A DNA stretch of 64,000 bases from Eledone cirrhosa (GCA_964016885.1 OZ024744.1:100626001-100690000), one strand, 5' to 3'; counted from the first letter of the stretch, positions 1-12,535 are shown. Notes: a model not told the origin generated them from the letters alone. Numbers and translations: made by a program.

Positions 1-550
1 TCGATTTCTCTGTGTTGTTAGTCAAGTCTTTATGATGTTCTGTGAGGGAAAAAAACCAGCCCATATTACAAAAGACCTTCACATGATCAAATTAAAATAA
101 AAAAAGTTGGGTATGAAGGTGTAAAGAAGATAACTTGCTCTTAGGTTTACAGTAAACAAAACAAAATCTAACTACTGCTGTTAACATACTTTTTCAGTAA
201 CAATTTAGGGATATTCTGTACAATTGTTGAAGAAAATCGATGTGTTTAGATCGTATGATATTACACATATTCAGTGATAGTTTTATTTCTATTAATCTGA
301 AGCAAACTATCAAAGTCATATGTCAAAGTATTCATGCTGGTTAAAATAAATAGTTTTATAAACCATAGAAAATAGCGATATATTATTTACCATAGTTTGA
401 CTAATTGAGAGTAGATGTAACTATATTATTATTAATAGGCTTAACACCAGTAAAGACATTTCTTATCTATCAACATCTAAATTTGTAGATCCATCTCATT
501 TATGTTAACATGTGAAAAGTAATGCTAAATATTGAAGAGTTTTAAATTGT

Positions 551-810
551 TTAACTCTTTCGTTAGCGTGTTTCCTACTGAAAGATGCTGCCTATTATTT
601 TCAGATTATTTTGAAAATAATTTAACAATTTGGAGAGATTTTGTAAGATTAAGTTGGTGTTTAAAACTTATCAAAGGTTCTTATGTAAAATTACAATAGG
701 TTTTTTTTTTTTTTTTTTTTTAAAAATTTTTTTTAGATAAATATAAATGCTTTAAAATGAATTGTTTCTATTGTGGGTCAGTTTCATACATTTGGTATCA
801 AAAGGGTTGA
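551..810. mobile_element. Degenerate TTAA-flanked MITE (piggyBac-type ends, MITE family 2)
   Basis: Ends ttaactcttt...aaagggttga; right end is the reverse complement of the ttaa(a/c)ccttttgataccaa end at 6192. Confidence 0.4.
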
Positions 811-1049
811 CTAAAAAAAATTGATAATTTATATGTGGGATATTATCAAAATATATTTTGACTCCATTGAATATTTTTTTTTTATATAAAGAAAACTGTA
901 ATTTACATGTTATATAGTTATATACTAGGAATTATATTTTCATAGACAATACCTATACCATGCCTATCTTATATTAGTTTATCCTATTAGTATATGTTGA
1001 TGAAGCATTTTATTTTTTTTTGACTTACGGAATTTAATTACTTTTCTAG

Positions 1050-1348
1050 CTGGCTTTGGAAATGCAAGAGGCAACACAAGTCTGTTTAATCAAAACCGCG
1101 CACCACTGACCAGTACAGGACTGTTTGGCCAACAAACGAAGCCATTGTTTGCAAACCCAACGGATAGCTTAAGCACAGGCTTTAGTTTTAATACAAATCC
1201 GAACACAGGCAGTTCTTTGTTTGGTCAAAATCAGCAACAAAACAAGGGTTTGTTTGGAAATACATCTCAGCAGTCAAACCTGTTCAGTACAACTGCAAAT
1301 ACGTCTACATTTGGAAGTGGAACAACTGGATTTACTACAAACCAAGCA
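1050..1348 (+). CDS. NUP98: Nup98-96-like nucleoporin, internal FG/GLFG-repeat exon A
   Basis: Acceptor cttttctag| and donor |gtaagt. Encodes GFGNARGNTSLFNQ...TGLFGQQTKPLF...SLFGQNQQQNKGLFGN...TFGSGTTGFTTNQA; enters in phase 1, exits in phase 0. Confidence 0.88.
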
Positions 1349-1464
1349 GTAAGTTACTTCACTTTAATTTCTTTTAGCGATTTTCATTTATTTTTTAAAT
1401 TATTACTATTTTAAAAGACGATTTCCTGAAGTTTGGATAAAATTCCTTTGTCCACTTATTACTG

Positions 1465-1650
1465 GAAAGGGAGATCCTCAAGCACTCCTTCCAGCAGCTC
1501 CTGTCAGGAACAACTCTGCAATTGATCTGGCTGGATCCCTAAGGTGGACCAGCTTAGCTCATGGAATTTATCCAAACATCTTGCTCAGGGTTTATTCCTA
1601 GGTCTCCTGCTGTAAAATCTCCTGCTGTTTTGCCTGTAAAATCTCTCCAA
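1465..1650 (-). mobile_element. Old RTE-like LINE 3' fragment
   Basis: Similar to 8192-8565 and 29830-30420 (ctccttccagcag..cctgtcag..gatc.ggctggatccc). Confidence 0.5.
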
Positions 1651-2236
1651 ATTTTTTTTTTAAAGTTTAGATTTAATTTAAATTTTTTGGTTTTACCTTT
1701 CAACTGGATTGAGCTTTTAACATTTCTTTAATCAAAAAACCATTTATCCTTCAGAATTTATCTTCTAAAATAGTATTTTATCATACATAAACCATTTGTT
1801 ACTCTAATTAACGTACATCCCCAGTCATACAAATATTTTTCTATAAAATTGGTAAAGAAAAATTAAGTGAAAGTTTGTACTACAATTTGAATTGTTAAGC
1901 CAGCTATAAAATCTTTTGTTAAGAAATATCCTAATTTGTTAGATGGGCCTTTTTTAATTTGAGATGATCAGATTTAAATATGTAATATTTTCTTATATAA
2001 GCAAGTAAATAGCATAATAGACAAATTCGTTATGGGTTTAAGAATTGATGAGTTTAAATTGGTGAGTGGGGAACCTTTGTCAGTTAGAAATGTTAGAAAA
2101 ATATTGTTTTTTATACAACTTATCAGCTTGAAATATCGATCACTTTTATTATAACTTTAAGATGCACAAGGAAAAAGTTATTTTTATAACAAAATTGATA
2201 ATATAGTTCCTTTTTAATGTTAAGATTTTATAATTA

Positions 2237-2430
2237 TTTACATTACTCTATATATACTATTATATTTTCACGGTAAAGGCTTTACCTCACATCTATGAGA
2301 TTTTGATATTATTATTTATTTTGAGAACAATACCTTAACATCAGTATGAGTGGTTACTTTGGCCGGTTTGAACAGAAAGAGGTGAGAGAATTCTGGCTGG
2401 ATACAGCAGGTTTAAATGCTAAAGGGTTAA
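2237..2430. mobile_element. piggyBac-derived MITE family 1 (left end lost)
   Basis: Ends ...tttaaatgctaaagggTTAA; body shared with about 8 other copies in the window. Confidence 0.75.
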
Positions 2431-2555
2431 TGGTTTCCGTAAAAATTGTTTACAAATTTCAAAATTAAAAAAATTTTGAGGGACAATTTTTTTTTTATAT
2501 ATGCCTGATTTTATAATATATGTTAAGTTTTGATGTTGGATAATTATTTATTTTA

Positions 2556-5406
2556 ATAAGACAATAGAGGTAGTTTGTGTTAGTAATCAAATAATTAAGC
2601 TTAGATTAGTTGAAGGCAGGAGACTACTGACAATCATCTCTGCTTATGCTCCCCAAGCAGGCCTAGGCAAAGAAGAGAAAGACTGCTTTTACGAGCAACT
2701 TTTACAAACAACCGCAATGACAGAGGATGGAGACATAGTTATGCTAGCAGAGGACTTCAATGGTCATGTTGGACAGCTCCAGGATGGTTACACTGGGGTA
2801 CATGGTGGGCACGGTTACGGCTCAAGAAATGAAGGAGTGAGACTTCTTGAATTTTGTGACGCAAGTACACTGACTAGTTGCAACACTAACTTCCAGAAAC
2901 CTGCCAACCACCTAATAACCTACAAATCAAGCAAGCACATAAGCCAGATTGACTTCTAACTAGTTAGGCAGCGGGACAGGCAGATGGTGTCAAATACTAA
3001 GGCATACCCCGGGGAAGAATGTACCCAACAGCATAGATTAGTCGTTAGTGATATCTCAGTAAGCAAGAGACGGAATGAGACATACAGGAAGGTGTGGAGA
3101 AGAAAGGTCTGGAAGCTAAAAGACCTTTCACTAAAATACAAATTTAGGAAAGTCCTTCAAGATGTGTATAACGAAAAAAAAGACGATTTAGATTTGTATG
3201 ACATAGATGATAACTGGAATTACTTACGTGACAACTTACTGCAGGCTTCTGATGAAACTTGTGGCTGGAGCAGAGCTCCAACCAGACAGAGAGTGACCTA
3301 GTGGTGGAACAGCACAGTAGATAGGGCCATTAGAGACAAAAGACTAGCATGGAAGGGTTGGAAAAAGGGTGGGAGTAGGGAAGAATATACAGCCACTAAT
3401 AGAGAAGCTTGACGTCAGGTTTACTTAGCACACAGGGAGGCTGAGAGTAGGAGGTTTGTCAATGTTCTGCGACGGGAAGATCAGAGGTGTGCGGTGTTCC
3501 ACATTGCAAGGCAATGTGTCAATGCAAATCAGGATGTTGTTGGAGATAAATGTGTCCGGAATAATGCCGGTGTACTTAGTGTCACAAATGATCAGAAAAA
3601 GGAGGCCTGGAAATGTCATTATAAGAGACTGATGAATGTGGAGAACGAATGGGAGAGAGAGAAATTACCCTCAGTTGATCCGACAGAGGGACCAGCTATT
3701 GAGATTGACGAATATAGGGACCAAGAGGCGATTAAAGAAATGAAAAATGGTAAGGCTGCTGGACCGTCGGGGATAGTTGCTGAGATGCTGAAGGCATCAG
3801 GGGACGTAGGCACTAAGCTGGTTGCACTCATCATCAATCAGGCTATATATGTGGTGTTATACCCAAAGACTGGTGCAGCAGTATTCTCATAAATTGCTAC
3901 AAAGGTAAAGGGGATGCTCTGGAGAGGAGCAATTATAGGGGTATAAAACTGATGGATTAGGTTATGAAAGTGACAGAAAGGATATTAGCACAACTAATTA
4001 GAGAAAGGGTCAAACTAGATGAGATGCAGTTTGGTTTTGTGCCTGGGAAAAGTACAACAGATGCCCTCCTCTTGGTGAGGCAATTGCAAGAGAAGTTCTT
4101 AGAGAAAAATAAGCCACTATACTTAGCCTTTGTTGACCTAGAGAAGGCCTTTGATAGGGTACCCTGATCTGGTGGTCCCTAAGGAAACTAGGTGTTGAAG
4201 AATGGCTTGTGAGGACAGTGCAAACTTTGTACAGAGGTGCTGTCAGTAAAGTGAGGGTAGGAATGGAATTTAGCGAGGAATTCCAGATACAAGTAGGAGT
4301 ACATCAACGTTCGGTTCTCAGCCCAGCCTTGTTCATTATAGTCCTCCAAGCCATAACAGAGGAGTTTAAGACTGGCTGTCCATGGGAACTTCTCTATGTT
4401 GACGATCTGGTTCTTATAGCAGAATCAGTAGAGGAGCTAGAGAATAAATTCTGGCTATGGAAACAGTAGTTGGAAGCAAGAGGACTGAGAGTGAACCTAG
4501 CTAAGACAAAAGTGTTGATGAGTAGAAAAGAGGACAAAACTCTGATTCCGTCAGGGAAATGGCCATGTTCGATATGCAGAAAAGGAACTGGCATACATTC
4601 TATAAAATGCACATAATGCAGATCCTGGGTACACAAGAGATGTAGTGGGATAGCAGGCAAACTAGCAGGTAGGGAGAAATATGTATGCAGTAGATGTACA
4701 GGGAAATTAGACAGTAGAAGTCGCATTGATAGACACATTTTTCAAATGTAGGCGGGTGCTATAGAAATGGTGGATAGCTGCCGGTACCTAGGAGATCAGA
4801 TTAGCATGGGAGGAGGGTGTTCCAAGGCCATAGTATCTAGAACGAGGATAGGTTGGAAGAAGTTTAGGGAGCTGCCTCCTCTGCTGACGAAGAAGGGTTT
4901 CTCCCTGCGTACGAAAGGCCAGTTATATGATGCCTGTGTGAGGAGCGCGATGCTGCATAGTAGTGAGACATGGGCAGCAACTGCAGAGGATATGCGACGG
5001 CTGGAGAGAAATGAGGCAAGCATGCTCCGTTTGCACATCCAACGCATGAATGTTCAACACATTCATGCATGAACGACACAGCATGAATGTGTTGAGAGAG
5101 AAACTGTGTCTGAGAGGGAAAGAATGTAGTGTGCGAGAGAGGAGACTGAGGTGGTATGGACATGTGATGCGCATGGAGGATGACCAATGGGTGAAGAAGT
5201 GCCAGGAAATGCCAGTTGAAGGAAGACGTGGTAGAGGTAGAACACAAAAAACATGGGCGGAGGTGGTGAGAACAGACCTCAGATCGCCGAAGCTCATGGT
5301 GGAGATGACGAAGGACCGTGACAAGTGGAGAGATGCTGTGCTGAATAAGACCCGTCCCACCCTTGCAAGCAGGGAAGAGCGGACGTAAAATGATGATGAT
5401 GATGAT
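2556..5406 (+). mobile_element. RTE LINE family A, 5'-truncated, disrupted ORF
   Basis: APE motifs (ISAYAPQ, EDFNGHVG, SQIDF), RT motifs (QFGFVPGKST, FVDLEKAFDRVP, GVHQ, LLYVDD), Cys finger, RLRWYGHV; stops and frameshifts; (GAT)n tail. Confidence 0.95.
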
Positions 5407-5422
5407 AATATATGTATATATA

Positions 5423-5762
5423 CATCATCATCATTTCATTTTACGTCCGCTTTTTTTCTGCTTGCAAGGGTGGGACGGGAACTGATTCTGGCTTGATTTC
5501 TACAGCTGGGTGCCCTTCCTAACACTAACCTCATTTACAGTGAGTGCTGGTGCTTTTTTGCCGTGGCACCTCCACGACCAATTTGCAGTGGAATGATAGG
5601 GACCCCAGTCCCTATCATCTCATTTCTACAGTTGAGTAAACTGGAGCAATGTGAAATAAAGTGTCTTGCTCAAGGAAACAACACATCACCCGGTCTGAGA
5701 ATTGAACTCACAACCTTTCGATTGCAAGGCCAATGCTCTAACCACTAAGTCATGTGCCTCCA
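5423..5762 (-). mobile_element. tRNA-derived SINE with RTE family A tail (Ceph-SINE-like)
   Basis: Minus strand: A box TGACTTAGTGG, B box GAGTTCAATTC, central GGAAGGGCACCCAGCTGTAGAAA, 3' end cccgtcccacccttgcaagcag..gcggacgtaaaatg(atg)n nearly identical to family A. Further copies at 38029 and 62204. Confidence 0.85.
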
Positions 5763-5837
5763 TATATATTGTATTTAACAGTTTTGTTTTCTCTTGTTGA
5801 ATTGGCTAAAAAAGAAAAATCAACTGTATTCTTTCAG

Positions 5838-5991
5838 GGTGGAAGCCTTTTTGGAAACAAGCAAATAGCATTCAATACGCCAAGCACCAACACTGGTTTT
5901 CAATTTCAGAATACTGGTAACAACCTTTTCAATAAACCAGCGGCAATAACTCCTTTTCCATTCGGGACAAACACCAGCACTGGTGTATTTG
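5838..5991 (+). CDS. NUP98: Nup98-96-like exon B (FG repeats)
   Basis: Acceptor ttctttcag|; GGSLFGNKQIAFNTPSTNTGFQFQNTGNNLFNKPAAITPFPFGTNTSTGVF; donor G|gtgaat (an alternative same-phase donor follows 5982). Phase 0 entry matches exon A. Confidence 0.82.
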
Positions 5992-6191
5992 GTGAATAAC
6001 TTTTTCTTTATTTATATAATATACATTTAAGTTTAAACTTTAAAATATATTCTCTTTTATGCTCCTTATTTTTGCTTTGTTGTTTTAACCCTTCTTGACA
6101 CCAAATCCCATGAATCCCTCTCATCTATATTTTTACAATGTCAAGCTGTTTATTTCAAAGTGTTTATATTTATCTAAAAACATTTGATGGA

Positions 6192-6475
6192 TTTAAACCT
6201 TTTGATACCAACCTGGCCAAAACCAGCTCTGGTTCTATGAAATAAAACCACCCATTTTAAATTAAAATCTTCCAACATAATTTTAAATAAGAACTATATG
6301 TTGAGTTACTATCTCAATAATGAAATAATTAATGATTTTAGTAAATCCCTCAAAATTCTTCATTAATTAATTGAAATAGAGTGTACTTCATTAGAAATGC
6401 AATCATGAAAGGAGTAAAATAAAAATTTTCAAATCAAACTGGCCTCATTAGAAATATTGTCATGAAAGGGTTAAA
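6192..6475. mobile_element. TTAA MITE family 2
   Basis: ttaaaccttttgataccaacctggccaaaaccagctctgg...gaaagggttaa; homologous to 8731-8970 and 12233-12535. Confidence 0.6.
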
Positions 6476-7057
6476 TTGTTCTATCTCTGTTGTTTTTTAA
6501 ATCTAATTATCTCTTCAAAGTAATTTGAAGTTGGCAGGTTCTATTCAAATTGGTATTTGTATTATGTTAATACAACTCTACACCTTTCATAAGTTGACAT
6601 TTTACTTCTGTTAATACCCTTTGTTCTTAATATAGTTGCAAACGGTTTGTTTTTTAATCAAACCACTTTTATAATGATTAAAAAAAAAACTACTTGTTTA
6701 CACTATATATATATAGTGTAAACAAGTAGTTGAATTATTTCAAAGCTTTTATTTCTTTCTTTTGAAAGAATATCGACAAAAAGGTGTAATATAGAAAATG
6801 TATATTGATTTGAGTAAAAATCAGTGCCAGATATTAGCAAAACAGAGTATTTTATTTTTTGTCTTGGAAATTTTCAGAATCTGTGGAAATTTTTTGTTTT
6901 GTTCATTTTCAGTTTCTTATAGAAATATTACATTATGAAGAAGAAACAATTTATTATGTTTTATACCACAATTCTGGTTAGTTTTATAGATTGCTAATAA
7001 TTTCAACTGTGAATCTAGTCTTAAAATAAAGGTCTCTTTATCACTGTTAAAACCATA

Positions 7058-7218
7058 CGAGGCAGCGAATTGGCAGAGTCATTAGAATGTTGGATAGAAT
7101 GCTTTATGGTATTTGTTCCAGATCTTTGCTCTCTGAGTTCAAATCCCGCTGAGGTCAATTTTGCCTTTCATCTTTTCGAGGTCGATAAAAAGAAAAGTAC
7201 CAGTCTAGTACTGGGGGG
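7058..7218 (+). mobile_element. tRNA-derived SINE family 2 (tentatively Meta-SINE-like core)
   Basis: A box TGGCAGAGTCA, B box GAGTTCAAATC, core gcctttcatc..tcgaggtcgataaa..aagtaccag. Other copies near 10673, 12342, 12700 and 16222. Confidence 0.75.
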
Positions 7219-7641
7219 TCAATTCTTCCTCTATATATATCTCTTTCTCATTTCCTCTCTCTCACTTTCTATCTTTCTCTGGAAGAAGTCTGCTGGAGAG
7301 GGATGGGCTCCACCAGGCTTCAAGTGTTCAAGAAATGCTGCATGTCAATATGGTGTCCTTATGACTCTATCGGGAGTTATGGGACCATACATACATGCAT
7401 ACATACAAACCCATACAACAGTTTGTCACTCTCCAAATCTCTATCACATATTTACTCTTTCTATCTCCAAGATTGATTCAATAATCCTTCAAATATGTTC
7501 AGTAACCAGAAGCTTAGATATTATTTTTTGATATTTTCTTTCTCCTATCACTACTACAGTGAATGAGCTAAGCATTGGAGTTAAAGAAATTTCAATTATC
7601 AAATCCAAAGGGCCTGTTTATTTCTTGTTGTTTTTTTTAAT

Positions 7642-8023
7642 GAGGGTTGGCCAAAAAGTTCATAGGCTGCCCACAATACTCTCGGAATGGCCAAATGAGG
7701 TTTATTTTTTAACATAGTCCATGGAAAGAAACCATGTATGTAAGATTTCACAGCCCAAGCATCACTCTTTCATAGTCAGCCTATGAACTTTTCAACCAAC
7801 CCATGTGTGTGTATGCGCACACGAGAGGAGTCTGCTGTAAAGTTCGTAGGTTGCCCAAGATACTCTCATGGAATGACCAAATGAGGTTTATTTTTCAACA
7901 TAGTCTCTGGAAAGAAACAATGCAGTTATTAATAAGAAGAGTTGAAATTAATGCATGCAAGATTTCACAGCTCTAGCATCAGTACTTCATAGTCAGCCTA
8001 TGAACATTTCAGCATGCCTTTGT
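7642..8023. mobile_element. Two tandem mariner-like MITEs
   Basis: TIRs gggttggccaaaaagttcataggctg / cagcctatgaacttttcaaccaaccc (7642-7803); second copy about 7821-8023; partial copy near 35900-35980. Confidence 0.65.
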
Positions 8024-8191
8024 AAATCTACGCTGGAATACCACCATAGCTTTAAATTGACAAGGACATTGAAAATGAGTCAATTAAATCCTAGAGCTGA
8101 AAGTTTTTTTTGGGGTACGATGTAATAGAGTTCTAGTTCTCTTTACCTCGAATAGCTTGAACTGTCCTTGCAAAGGTTATATCTTCATTTA

Positions 8192-8565
8192 CTTCTTCCT
8201 CACCCATTTATCTTATCCCTGAGAGGGTCAAGGGGGCAGAGTCCTCAAATACTCCTTCCAGCAGGTCCTGTCAGAAGCAACCATCTCCAACTGATCCGGC
8301 TGGATCCCCTAGCGTGGCCAGCCAAACTCATGAATGTTATCCAACCATCTTCCCCAGTCTACACCTGAGTCTCTTGCCGATTGGTTTTTGCCCGTAAAAT
8401 CTGTCCAGTGATTCTTTCCAGAGACATTCTAACCTCATGCCCATAGTATTGGAGCTGTGATCTCTTAAATCGAAGAAGTAGTGGCTCTATCTGGACTGAA
8501 TCTCTGATCTCCGAGCTATGCACTTTATCTAGTAATGTTACTCCAAAGAGGAACTCTTTAAGGAA
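8192..8565 (-). mobile_element. Old RTE-like LINE 3' fragment
   Basis: GVTLLDKVHSSEIR..IEPLLLRFKRSQLQYYGHEVRM, a typical RTE C-terminus. Confidence 0.7.
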
Positions 8566-8730
8566 CTCTTTAAATTTAAACATTTGTTAACATTGCTCGA
8601 ATATACTGAAAACAAATTATGAACTTGTGATATAAGTGTTTGTCATGTGTCAATTAAAATACAAATTAATGAATGATTCAAAAGTGATCATTCATTGAAA
8701 TACATTGTTATTTGAGAAGTAAATATAAGA

Positions 8731-8970
8731 TTAACCCTTCAGTTACCAACCCAACCAAAACCAGCTCTGGTCCTATGAAATAAAACCACCCATTTTAAAG
8801 GTTTCCAATTTAAATTAAAATCTTCCAACATAATTTTATATAAGAACCTTACATTATGATACTATCTTAGTAATGAATTGATTAATAATTTTAGTAAACT
8901 CCTCAAAATTTGTCATTAATTAATTAAAATAGAGTATATTTCATTACAAATGTGGTCACAAAAGGATTAA
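8731..8970. mobile_element. TTAA MITE family 2
   Basis: TTAAcccttcagttacc...cacaaaaggaTTAA. Confidence 0.65.
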
Positions 8971-9379
8971 ACTAATTAATTAGGAAAGTATATAATTTTG
9001 ATTATTACTGAACACTATATAATCCATAGTAAACATTTGAACGAAGCTTATCAATTTATAATTAGCAATGTTAGGGAATGCTAGTGGAGGGGGGGGGGGG
9101 CATGGGCAGAGGATGCATAATAGTAGAGAGTGAAGCTAATGTGATAGTGAGGGTATCTTAAGGGCTTTTGAAAGGGCCACAGCTAAGGAGTAAATGTTGT
9201 AGGAGGCATGGATGGAGCGGGGAGGGGCGAGGATAGCTGCTAAGGAGTGCAAGAAGAGGGTAAAATACATGGGTATAAGTCAATTCACATTGAATGCTGT
9301 AGGCTGGGTCTTCACCAGCATACTCCTTGTGGGTCTTTGTCATCTTTGATGTGAGGTTTAGTTTCTCAAGGTTGGTCAT

Positions 9380-10020
9380 CACAACCTCATCTCATATTTT
9401 CCTGTCTGCCTGCCTTTTCCAGGGTTCCAACCACTGGGGTTTCTCTGCATATTTTTTTATGCAGCTGCTATCTTCCATATATATCAAGTATTCATACCAA
9501 TGCAGTCTTTTCTCTTGCACACTACATCCAATTCCTCTTAGGTCGAGTTTTTCTCTCAGTTCATTTATGCTATGTCGCTCAAACATACTAACATTACACA
9601 TCCATCGGAGCACACTCGACTCATTTCTTTCTAGTCTCCGCAAGTCTTCTGTAGTCAAGACCCATGTTTCACTATCATGTAACATTATAGTTCACACACA
9701 GGCATCATACAGTCTACCCCTTTGTTGTTAGCTGAGATAACAGTTCCCTGAACTTTTTCCAGCATGTTCTGATCCTGGCTATCGCACTTTCAGTGAATCC
9801 TCCCCCACTGCTGGTTTGGATCACCCAAGTAACAAAAGCTGTCAACAACTTCTAAGGAGCCTCCCTGGCAACTGAAGGAATCTATTTCATGTGTGTTCTT
9901 ATTGCTTGCTTCTCCTGTGTAGCTGTCACATATAATGTCTATCTTTTCTGTTAATTTGCCTTCAATCCTGCTACATCTCTTGTGTGCCCATAAATTACAC
10001 TGTGTACACCTTATGGACTA
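9380..10020 (-). mobile_element. Degenerate RTE LINE 3' fragment
   Basis: MLHDSETWVLTTEDLRRLERNE..EKRLHWY. Confidence 0.85.
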
Positions 10021-10130
10021 ACAGGCTATGCATTGTTGTTTTTGAGCAAGGCATTGCTGTTTATGTGGGCTCTCTCAATAAAACACCCCCAAAAAACCCT
10101 CATAGTAGGCAAACTATAGCACAGATTAAA

Positions 10131-10191
10131 GGTTTAAGCAAACAATTTCTGCTTATTCTGCTTTCACCCTAAAGCGGGATCTTCTGAAACT
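10131..10191 (-). ncRNA. Type I hammerhead-like motif (CAGAAGA core variant), inverted next to a Penelope-like RT
   Basis: Minus strand: GTTT-CAGAAGA-TCCC gcttta GGGT-GAAA-GCAGA..TTTGC-TT-AAAC; stems I, II and III all pair. Confidence 0.6.
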
Positions 10192-10199
10192 GAGTTATA

Positions 10200-10543
10200 T
10201 CAAATATCAATCTTTGGACATAGATCAACTGTTACTCAATGCTGTTATCAAAGATTATCAGAAAACTGACCAGTTGTAATTAATGGCATAAACAATGCTG
10301 GTCTATAAATCACTTCAGAACTAAATATCCAGGACCAGTCTAAACCCCTGGATCCTATTACTCCTCATTTTACTCTGAAGGATCATAAACTGAATTTAGA
10401 TTACAATCCATCTATTAACCCCACTAAGTCTGATTTAGGTAAGCCTAACAAAAGAATTATACCAAAAATTTGAGATATGAACTCTATATGTAATCTTGTG
10501 GAATAATTCTTATGTGGTGATTGATTGGTTTAAAGGCATAACT
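10200..10543 (+). pseudogene. Penelope-like retroelement reverse transcriptase remnant
   Basis: Decayed translation LLLNAVIKDYQK..ITSELNIQD..PHFTLKDHK..NPSINPTKSDLGK..LWNNSYVVIDWFKGI resembles the N-terminal RT region of Penelope-like elements (F.TLKDHK..NP..RLINP.KS..GK..W.N...VI.WF). Confidence 0.7.
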
Positions 10544-10672
10544 ATGAACGCTGAAGCTTTATCCAACCTGACATGTGTAGAGAGATGCCGTGCTAAAAAG
10601 AACCCGTCCATCCTATACAAGTGTGGAAAAATAGATGTAAAAACGATGTTAATGATTGTGTGTGTGTGTACG

Positions 10673-10830
10673 TGTAAAAGACGGCGAATTGGCTGTCATT
10701 AAAACATCAGAATGTTTTTTGTTTTTCGTTTTAGTTCTTTATTCTGAGTTCAAATTCCACTGAGGTCAATTTTGCCTTTCATCCACTCGAGGTCAATAAA
10801 ATAAATACCAGTCTAGTACTGGGGTCGATT
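10673..10830 (+). mobile_element. tRNA SINE family 2
   Basis: B box gagttcaaattc, core gcctttcatcc..gaggtcaataaa..taccagtctagtactgggg. Confidence 0.7.
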
Positions 10831-11049
10831 CTTCCTCTATATCTCTTTCTTGCGTCCATTATCTCACTATCTATCCTTCTCTGAAAGAAATCTGCTCTTA
10901 TACAAACCTGCAGAGGAGATGGGTTCCGCCAGGTTTTAAAATGTCCTACAAATGCTGTATATCTTTTTTGCACCCCCCCCCCCTTTACACTCTATTAGGG
11001 GTTATGGGACCATGTTCAACACCTCAACCTCCTGTATGAGCCACATAAA

Positions 11050-11625
11050 TGCAGTTGCAAGGCAGTCGTTAAGTTCAGCCAGCACCCACTGCAGGCCAGT
11101 TCCACCGACATGCCGTTCTCAACGACATATTGAGGAGGAGTCTGGGTGCAGCTGGCTTCCCATCACATCTAGAGCCAGCAAGCACCCCAATGGAATTTAC
11201 CCTCTGCCCATTTGAAAGAGTTAGATTCCCTCATCTGGGACGCCACATGTTTGTGACACGTTCCTTGCCTCCAACTTAGTCACTTCAACCACAAACCCTG
11301 GTACCGCAGACCGCCATGCAGTGGAAAGGAAGTTAAACAAGTACCGAGGATTGTCCGGTCACTTCCTCTCCGCACTGGTCGCTGTCGAGACCTCAGACGT
11401 CCTTGGACACCGTACTGCTAGGCTCCTCTGGGAGATCGGAACGTTGGCAGCCCATATGAGGAAGGAGCCCTGTGAGGTGGGGTGGCTGTTGCAGCGAGTG
11501 TTGTTGGCTATTGTCCGCGGGAATGCTTTTGCAGTCCTGTCCGCGAGGTGCTGCCCCATTACTACCGTGCCCTAGCCCCTGAGCCTGATCGCCCTCACCT
11601 TTCACCCATTTTTTTTTTTTGTTTT
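11050..11625 (+). mobile_element. CRE-clade non-LTR retrotransposon 3' remnant (restriction-like endonuclease region)
   Basis: KHPNGI..LIWDATC..DTF..KLNKY..VAVETSDVLG..LQRVLLAIVRGNA matches the RPDG/WDATC/ET.G/QR..AI.RGNA pattern of CRE-type RLE domains. Confidence 0.7.
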
Positions 11626-12232
11626 CAATATTTTCTTATTTTACATTCCATTCTTTCTTCTCAATCCTAATTTTTTTTCTTTTTCTATAAAATGATATTT
11701 GTGGAATTGTATGCAGATACTATATTAGTCTTTAAAATACAATATAGTATCTCTCACTTCATCATCATCATCATACATCCGCTTTTCCCTGCTTGCAAGG
11801 GTTGGACGGGTCCTATTCAGCACAGCATCTTTCCACTTGCCACGTTCCTTCGTCATCTCCTCGGTGAGTGTCAGAGATCTGAGGTCTGCTCTCACCACCT
11901 CCGCCCATGTTTTTGTGGTCTACCTCTACTGTGTCTTCCTTTAAATATATTCTTGTTTTTTCAGTGATTGTTCTATAAACTTTTAGTCTTTTGGTTCTAA
12001 ATGGCTCTTGTCTTTGTTTTTGTTGTTTTACTATGTTGGTCTGTTAAGTTCCTATTTTCAATTTATTATGTTTAAACGAATTTGCAATTTCAGACCCATT
12101 TTTGTATTTATTTATTTTTTTTTTATTTGGTCTTTATTATACCAAACCACTCCTGGTTTTTATGAGAACTTTGTATTTGAAACTGTTCATATTTTATTTA
12201 AAAACCTTCCTTTATAATTCTTTGTAAGAACC

Positions 12233-12535
12233 TTTAACCCTTTAGTTATTAACCTGGCCCAAACCAACTCTGGTTCTATGAAATAAATCCATCCATTTTA
12301 AAGGTTTCCGATTTAAATGAAAATCTTCCAACATTATTTTTAAATCCCGCCGAGGTTGACTTTGCCTTTCATCCTTACGGGGTCGATAAAATAAAGTACC
12401 AGTAATGAACTGGGTAATTGCTGGCCTTGTGCCTAAAGTAGAAACAATTATTTTATATAAGAACCATACATTAAGTTACTTTATTAATTAATTTAAACAG
12501 TGTATTTCATTAGAAATGCATTCATGAAAGGGTTA
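12233..12535. mobile_element. TTAA MITE family 2 with nested SINE fragment (about 12342-12450)
   Basis: TTAAcccttt...aaagggTTAA; the internal SINE core is also found at 12750-12865. Confidence 0.65.

Noticed and set aside
1349-1414. Hydrophobic C-terminal extension of ORF 1145-1414, and the N-terminal part of ORF 5754-5999
   Set aside because: Read-through into intron past clear splice sites.
3248-3262. CTGATGA/CTGANGA matches inside LINE coding sequence
   Set aside because: No stem II-GAAA-stem III context; explained by codons.
5690-5762. tRNA-like sequence on the minus strand (also 38305-38375 and 62465-62536)
   Set aside because: These are SINE heads: no complete cloverleaf, and each is fused to a SINE body and LINE tail.
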